Positions 61,635 through 64,000 of a DNA stretch of 64,000 nucleotides are shown piece by piece. Within the stretch, counting starts at the first letter, position 1. Each line of letters begins with the position of its first letter. This DNA comes from Paraphysomonas bandaiensis (Eukaryota; Protista; Chrysophyceae): the NCBI GenBank assembly GCA_965644295.1, contig CBFFRP010000431.1, positions 310,001 to 374,000 of the forward strand. Reading direction: 5' to 3'. Under the pieces are notes generated by a model. It was not told the origin of the DNA and made no database searches. It saw only the letters and a program-made list of their open reading frames with translations. The position numbers and the translations under genes are program-made.

Positions 61635-64000
61635 ATGTCATCTATATCTCCTACTAACGATAAAGGGGATTATGATTTCAGTCCTGTGAAAGAGGATGAA
61701 GATCATGAGAATTCTGATAATCTTCTTGATAATATGGAATTAGAAGATGATGTTATACCGGGTGTTGATGATTTACCATTATTTGCTAATGCAGAAGCCA
61801 GAAAAATAGATTTAGATGTTAAAGAAAAAGAACATACAGTTGAAGTGATCACTGAAAAAATTATTGATATGAAAGAACGTATTAAAGTGATGTCAGAACA
61901 CTTCAAAAATGTTCAACAAGAAGTAGAACATACAAATTCACTTGTAAATTCAAAGAAAGCTGAAGTTCAAACTGAAAGTCATTTACGTCAATTAACATCA
62001 CGACAACTTGGACGAAGTAAAATGGAATCAAAGAAATTAGCTGATGAGATTGCTAAGTCACAAGATCAATTGAATCAATTACAGAATTCAATATATCGTG
62101 CAAATGAAAAAATGGATGAATTTAAAATGCAAATGAATTGGAATCAAGAAGATTTAGATCAATGGGCTGTTGCAGCACGTCAAAAAGAGGAAGATAATTT
62201 AGCATTACAAAAGTATACACGTGCAGATGAGATTAAAATCAAAGAGCTCAGTTTAAATGTGGAACAGTTAAATAAAGAACTTCTTGAGAAAAGAAATATT
62301 CTTGAGAATGAAGTAACTGATACACAGGCGAAACAAATGGAATTAGATCGTATTGCAGATGAATTTCGTCAAGTTCATAAAGAGCGACAAGCATTAGTTG
62401 TACAGTGGCAGGAAACTATTGAAGCTATGAAACTTCGTGATCAAGAAATCAATAAAATTGGTGAACGTTATGCTGTAGCGAAAGCAGAGAGAGCAAAACA
62501 GGAAAGTAAAGTTGCTGTACAACAGAAGCGCTTGGATACGCAGCGCCTTGAGAACCAAGAGGTGGAATCTAAATCTGAGCAATTGGCGCGCACAGTATCA
62601 CGTAAGCGTGAAGAAATGGTGAACGGCACTGCTAAGTTGGTGGATTATCGAAATGAACTGGCTTCTTTGAAAAACGAGTTAACATCTGCTGCTGAGGGAC
62701 TGGTTACTAAACGAGCTGAAAATGCGAATAAGGCTCGTGAGATCGAAGAAAAAAGGGTTCAAGTAGAACGGGAAAGGCAGCGCTACCAGGAAGTCAAGCA
62801 GCAGTTAGAGCTTTCGAGACAATCTGCTGTTGAAGCTGAGCAAACTGCCAAAGGTGCTGAAGAAGCCTTGGCGAAGAGTGAGAAAAACCTAGCTTCTGAG
62901 CACCAGCGACTGAAAACCTTGAAGGATACGTTGCTCAAAGAGACACAAAGAGTGCATGATCTGAAACGAGAGGAGGCAGGCTTGAGAGCCGAAATCAGTG
63001 GAACGAAGTCTGCGACAAGAAACTTGGATGGTAAGCTCGCACAGCTTGATAAAGAGGCCGCAAGACAGCAAGAGTTGCTCTACAACGCGGAGTTTCAAAT
63101 TCAGCAGATAGAGAGAAAAGTAGCTCGTGGGATGGGACAACGGTCCGATGAAGAAAAAAGGCAGTTAAAGAGTGTGATTGAAAACTTGGAAGCGGCACTG
63201 AGTGATACTAAGGAAAAGAAGAAAGTGCTCGCTGCACAGTGCCGCAAAATTCAAAACGAACTGGTTGCGTCACGAATGCACAACGAAGAACTTAGTAAGA
63301 AGAGGCATGATTTGACTGAAAAAATAGGCGAATTGGAATTATCTAATCGCATGATCGACGATGAAATAAAGCGGGATACTAAAATGAAAGAGGAGCTCAC
63401 TGTTCATAACGATGTGCTGCGACTGGAAGTTCGGCGACTTCGAGGACTACTTTCGTTAAAAGCTGATGCTGTTTGTAGTCTAGAGAACCGCAAACAGCAA
63501 CTTGCTTTGAGTTTGGAAGAGCGAAAAGAGGAAATCTCTGTGCATAGAGAGATTCTTCGGGCAGAGCTACGCTTACTACAAGATGAGAAGCACAGTGTTA
63601 CCATGGATCTTAGAAACCGAGAGCTTGCTGTTGAAAGACTGAAAGCGCGATACGAAACTGCAAGTCAGACCAAAGGCGACGATGAAGGGCATTCGCAGTC
63701 ATATTATATTATCAAAGCAGCGCAGAAACGAGAGGAATTACGGCGCCGTGGTGACGAGTTGGATGCAGATATACGCAAGCGTGAGCGTGAAATCCGTGCT
63801 CTTCAGACCACGCTGGACCACTTAAACGCACGGAATACTGCATTTCGGTCATCGTTTCAAAAGGTTGATGTATCTGGAGATGAAGCTGAGGTTTTAAGAA
63901 AGCTTGAAGAGCGTACGAAGCTCGCGAAGGAATCTCTCTTTCGCAAGAAGAAGGAATTACAGCGACTGGCCACAGACTATGAGGAAGATGGTAGGCGTTT
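61635..64000 (+). CDS. CCDC39: CCDC39 (FAP59) axonemal 96-nm ruler coiled-coil protein, truncated at the window edge
   Basis: Open frame from ATG 61635 to the end of the window (missed by the ORF track). Motifs LPLFANAE, MSEHFKNVQQEV, MQMNWNQEDLDQWAVAARQKEEDNLALQKYTRADEIKIKEL, QQELLYNAEFQIQQIERKVAR and HSQSYYIIKAAQKREEL. Confidence 0.93.
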   Translation, partial: MSSISPTNDKGDYDFSPVKEDEDHENSDNLLDNMELEDDVIPGVDDLPLFANAEARKIDLDVKEKEHTVEVITEKIIDMKERIKVMSEHFKNVQQEVEHTNSLVNSKKAEVQTESHLRQLTSRQLGRSKMESKKLADEIAKSQDQLNQLQNSIYRANEKMDEFKMQMNWNQEDLDQWAVAARQKEEDNLALQKYTRADEIKIKELSLNVEQLNKELLEKRNILENEVTDTQAKQMELDRIADEFRQVHKERQALVVQWQETIEAMKLRDQEINKIGERYAVAKAERAKQESKVAVQQKRLDTQRLENQEVESKSEQLARTVSRKREEMVNGTAKLVDYRNELASLKNELTSAAEGLVTKRAENANKAREIEEKRVQVERERQRYQEVKQQLELSRQSAVEAEQTAKGAEEALAKSEKNLASEHQRLKTLKDTLLKETQRVHDLKREEAGLRAEISGTKSATRNLDGKLAQLDKEAARQQELLYNAEFQIQQIERKVARGMGQRSDEEKRQLKSVIENLEAALSDTKEKKKVLAAQCRKIQNELVASRMHNEELSKKRHDLTEKIGELELSNRMIDDEIKRDTKMKEELTVHNDVLRLEVRRLRGLLSLKADAVCSLENRKQQLALSLEERKEEISVHREILRAELRLLQDEKHSVTMDLRNRELAVERLKARYETASQTKGDDEGHSQSYYIIKAAQKREELRRRGDELDADIRKREREIRALQTTLDHLNARNTAFRSSFQKVDVSGDEAEVLRKLEERTKLAKESLFRKKKELQRLATDYEEDGRR

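Overview
Gene-dense eukaryotic DNA from a flagellated protist. It has short GT-AG introns (mostly ~48-60 nt), AT-rich intergenic DNA and the ciliary genes CCDC39 and DZIP1-like; a stramenopile such as a chrysophyte is plausible but is inference. Left to right: a small conserved secreted-type protein; one giant gene of ~7,900 aa, formed by joining ORFs 2093-10675 and 10775-25591 through an in-frame 84-nt intron, built from ~16 armadillo-like modules with IQ-like helices and an 11 x 228-bp coding minisatellite; an intronless aldo-keto reductase fused to a sugar-phosphate cyclase; a polytopic membrane protein; PTEN; an RWD-domain protein; a TMEM68/DGAT2-like acyltransferase; a LOG-family phosphoribohydrolase; URB2/Npa2; a repeat-rich interval; an FkbM-type methyltransferase; a DZIP1-N/ubiquitin-like protein; nested CAGGG-ended MITEs; a cyclin Y/Pho80-type cyclin; a protein with two LOTUS-like winged-helix repeats; a small unknown gene; and the 5' part of CCDC39. 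The most striking item is the AKR-cyclase fusion (26249-28630, minus strand). Its cyclase motifs match 2-deoxy-scyllo-inosose synthase (DOIS/BtrC, the entry enzyme of bacterial aminoglycoside synthesis) better than DHQS, EEVS or DDGS. This suggests a one-polypeptide route from glucose-6-phosphate to a deoxy-inositol (quercitol-type cyclitol). All family calls come from motif recognition by eye; no database searches were run.
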